Shown piece by piece: positions 60,958 through 64,000 of a stretch of 64,000 nt of DNA. The stretch comes from Plasmodiophora brassicae. Its lineage: Eukaryota. How positions within the stretch are numbered: position 1 is the first letter of the stretch; every line of letters starts with the position of its first letter. The DNA lies in NCBI GenBank assembly GCA_036867785.1, contig CP145422.1, forward strand, positions 248,001 to 312,000, written 5' to 3'. Below the pieces are notes generated by a model, which worked only from the letters and a program-made list of their open reading frames with translations, was not told the DNA's origin and did not search any database. Position numbers and translations under genes: made by a program.

Positions 60958-61606
60958 TGTAGATCGTGTATAGAGAACCTCAGCGTCCTCGTTCCCAGAT
61001 CTCTCGATCCTTCTCCCTTCTCTCCGCCCGGCCTTCCCGCATGCCGTACGGACTCTCCTGGTCTTAGGGCTGCCTCTCCTAGATGCTGTTCTTGGTATCT
61101 CTGGCTGCGACAGGGCATGCTGCACTGTTCCACCGTCTACACTGCCCTTTTCCGAACATGACCTGGATGCAGACGTAGAGATACGTAGGCTCGTTGCTGC
61201 GTTCGTGCGACACGTAGTCGTTACTTGGTTCGTGTGCGCGTTCAGATTGGTCACGCCCGTTTCTTGAGATTAGACTCATCGCAATAAGGACGGAGTTGAG
61301 TGAATCAGATTCGCCGGACCATGTCAGCATAGTGCTAACAGTTCTCAGCCATACTGACGACATCCACCCCCACATGGGAGGTGGTCACCTCGTTACAGGC
61401 ACCCATCCATTCCAAATCACTCCAGCGAGTCACCAAACGTTCCATATTTCCCAGCGATCCATCCAACCGTCCCCATGTGGTGTACGACAAGTCATACGCC
61501 GACATTAAGGCACCATTTCCAATTCCCACAGTTCCCAATTCGCACCCGGTTCCATCCAATTCCAGTTCCAGTTCCCCATGCACTGATTCTGTGAGTTGCG
61601 TCCAAC
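60958..61606 (-). mobile_element. Element H2: 3' LTR and 3' UTR of an H-family Gypsy element
   Basis: LTR 60958-61141 preceded on the minus strand by PPT GGAAAAGGGCAG. Confidence 0.75.
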
Positions 61607-64000
61607 TATAGTGTCTTCCGTCAAGCCTCGGGTGACACAATAGACGAATGCCGTTTATCCACCATCGATCCCGTACCCCGCTCTCCCACCAGCGGCGCAC
61701 GTGATCGCGTGCTCTCGATCCCCGCATATCTCGACACATGAATCTCTGGCGCATGTGAATATCTGGAGGATGCTGATGCTGACGTAGGTGATGAGGAGCT
61801 AAATATAGGACCCCGGACTACACTGCCTTTTCCCGAACTCAGAACCGGAGTCAGAGGAGCAGTCGAGAGGAGAATGACGGACGAAGACGCAGGGTAGTGT
61901 GAGACTCGAGTGCAGAACACCCACTACTCACTAAAAACCACCTTGTAACCCCATGGGACAAATCGGTGGAAAATCCATTTACGGACACCCTCTTCGAGAC
62001 CGTCTTCCACCTATGCATACACGATTTAGCGTATCAAAGAACCTCAGGTACCTTGACCGAGTGCAAAGTAGCAAACGACGACATCAGCAATGGTGCGCTC
62101 GACCCCCATGGGTGGAGCCCGGTCCATATACATCTAGAAAGTGTCATTCACCTAGCTCAGCGGCCGACCCCCATGGGTGGACCCCCAGCGCAACAGGAGC
62201 CTCGACATCAGTACTCCCTGACAGAGTCAATCCTGCGGTGAAGAGGAACTTAATAGATGCTGCCGAATGCCTCGCGAGATGGACAGCACGTAGTCCATCG
62301 AACAACATTGACCGTGGTGCACATGGCAACCAGCCAGGTCAAATCGACCGTGGTCCCGTGGGCAACCAGCCAAGTCGAACCGAACTTTGACCGTGGTGCA
62401 CCGAGCAACCAGCCAAGTCAAACCGACCGTGGTGCCCAAAGCAACCAGCCAAGTCGAACCATGGTTACGTTGCCGTCAACCAGGTTGGATTGTCATGACA
62501 GACCAATCCATGATCATGATCATCATCGTATCGTCCACCCGCGAACAGATACGGTATCGAGATTAATTCAGAGTGATGGTACAGGTTAAGATCGTCGCTT
62601 ATTTCGATGCGATGTTGCATTCCGAGTGCGAGAGCGTTTCGGCGCCGGAATCAATTGCCTCAATGCAGCGACGTGTGCATGAGTATCGCCCAGTTTCCGA
62701 ATAAGTTGTTCCACAAGCTGCGGTACATCTTCGGTGATAAGTGCTGCAGGCTCCCAAGTAGCCTCAGATGGGTCGAAGCCGGACCAAGCGACTTTGATCT
62801 GCAACTCCTGAGTTTCGCGATCGATACGACAATCGAGAAGGTCGTCAACGTGGAACTGCTGGTCAAGCCGCTCAAGGTGCTGCTTGATTTCGGTGGTGAT
62901 GTTGAGATCGGCGTCCGCATAGCGGCGGATGCGTTGCGTGTGTGCTTGGAAGCGCCGTGCAGTCAACAGGTCTTCGAGTTCGTAGACCTGGTCATTGACG
63001 CGTTGAACAACTCGGTAGGGGCCGCGCCACTGCGCAATCAACTTCTGTGCGGGTCCGGGGACGGGCTTCGCGTTCAAGACGTAGTCGCCCGGGATGAACG
63101 ACTCGCATTGGGCCTTCCTCACGTGTCGCGAGCGTTGCCGTACATTGGACGCGTGCCTCGCCTCCCTGGCTTCATCGACGACCTTATGGAGTTCGTCCAT
63201 AACGGTCTGCAGTGCTGACAGGTACGTCGCCACCCATCCCGGAGAGATCGGCCGCAGCTGATTGCATGCCGGATCCCAGATGCTGTCCAGAGGGTGCTCG
63301 GGTTTCAACTTGGTGACGACCGTGAACGGCGCGAAACCTCCGAGGCGTGTGCTCGGCGAATGGTTGATGGCGTGTTGCACCAATGGGCAGAGGTAGGGCC
63401 AGCTGTGCGTGCTGATCTGCCCCTCACTCAGAACGCTTCGTAGGATGCCAACGATAGTGCGATTGGCGCGTTCAACAGTCCCGTTTGCCCATGGACAGTA
63501 CGCCAACGTTATATGATGCTCGACGTCTCGCAGCCTGGTCAGCTCCTTGATGAGTTCGGCGGTAAAGTGAGATCCGCCATCGGTGACAAGATATTGTGGT
63601 GTTTTGAAGTCGGCAATCCATTGGAATAGTGCCTCTGCCGCAACTCGGCTGGTCGCATCGGCGCATGGAATCAATCGGACGAGACCACTGAAGTCGTCCT
63701 TCATCACGAGGATGTACTTGTAAGAATGATCGGTTCCTCGAACTGGTTCGACGTACAAGTAATCCATGTGCAGGACCTCGAATGGAATGTGGCCATGCAA
63801 CGCTTCTCCAAGCGGACGCGGAACCTTCGCTCCTCCCCGCGTCGTGATGCAATGAAGACACTGCTGGCACATCTGCTGAATGTCCTTGTCCATGCCCGGC
63901 CAAGCGAATCGCGTTGTGATTGCCTCCTTGGTAACGTCGTACGCGCGATGAGCAGCACTGGCACAATGACCAATGATCATGATGCGTAGGCGCAAGCTGG
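61607..64000 (-). mobile_element. Element D2: 3' part of a D-family Gypsy element, continuing past the window
   Basis: 216-bp LTR 61607-61822, PPT, long 3' UTR, and an open integrase-chromodomain ORF 62586-63995. Nearly identical to D1 where they overlap. Confidence 0.9.

Noticed and set aside
61953-62589. Antisense ORFs in the D-family 3' UTR as an extra (env-like) gene
   Set aside because: Frames are not preserved between D1, D2 and C, so conservation looks nucleotide-level.

Overview
Eukaryotic, GC-rich genomic DNA with short (about 30-80 bp) introns. The gene style suggests a protist such as the phytomyxid Plasmodiophora, but this is inference. The window has two sharply different halves. 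Bases 1 to about 18.5 kb are gene-dense: a DDX60/Ski2-like helicase (5' partial), topoisomerase III alpha, an RCC1-repeat/coiled-coil protein, an ELMO-domain protein, a SUEL-lectin membrane protein and three small secreted or membrane proteins. From about 18.6 kb to the end there is a gene-free nest of transposons, much of which can be unpicked using LTRs, TIRs and target-site duplications (TSDs). It includes Gypsy chromoviruses, Copia elements, a TRIM with solo LTRs, and CACTA, hAT, Tc1/mariner-type and Harbinger-type DNA elements. The most notable element is at 24777-29868. It is intact with identical LTRs, and joins a Ty3/Gypsy (sushi/PEG10-like) gag, GGGAAAC -1 frameshift and protease to a Ty1/Copia IN-RT-RNaseH. 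Its LTRs end AAT...ATT instead of TG...CA. The chromovirus copies also show covarying LTR/PBS complementarity consistent with tRNA-independent self-priming.
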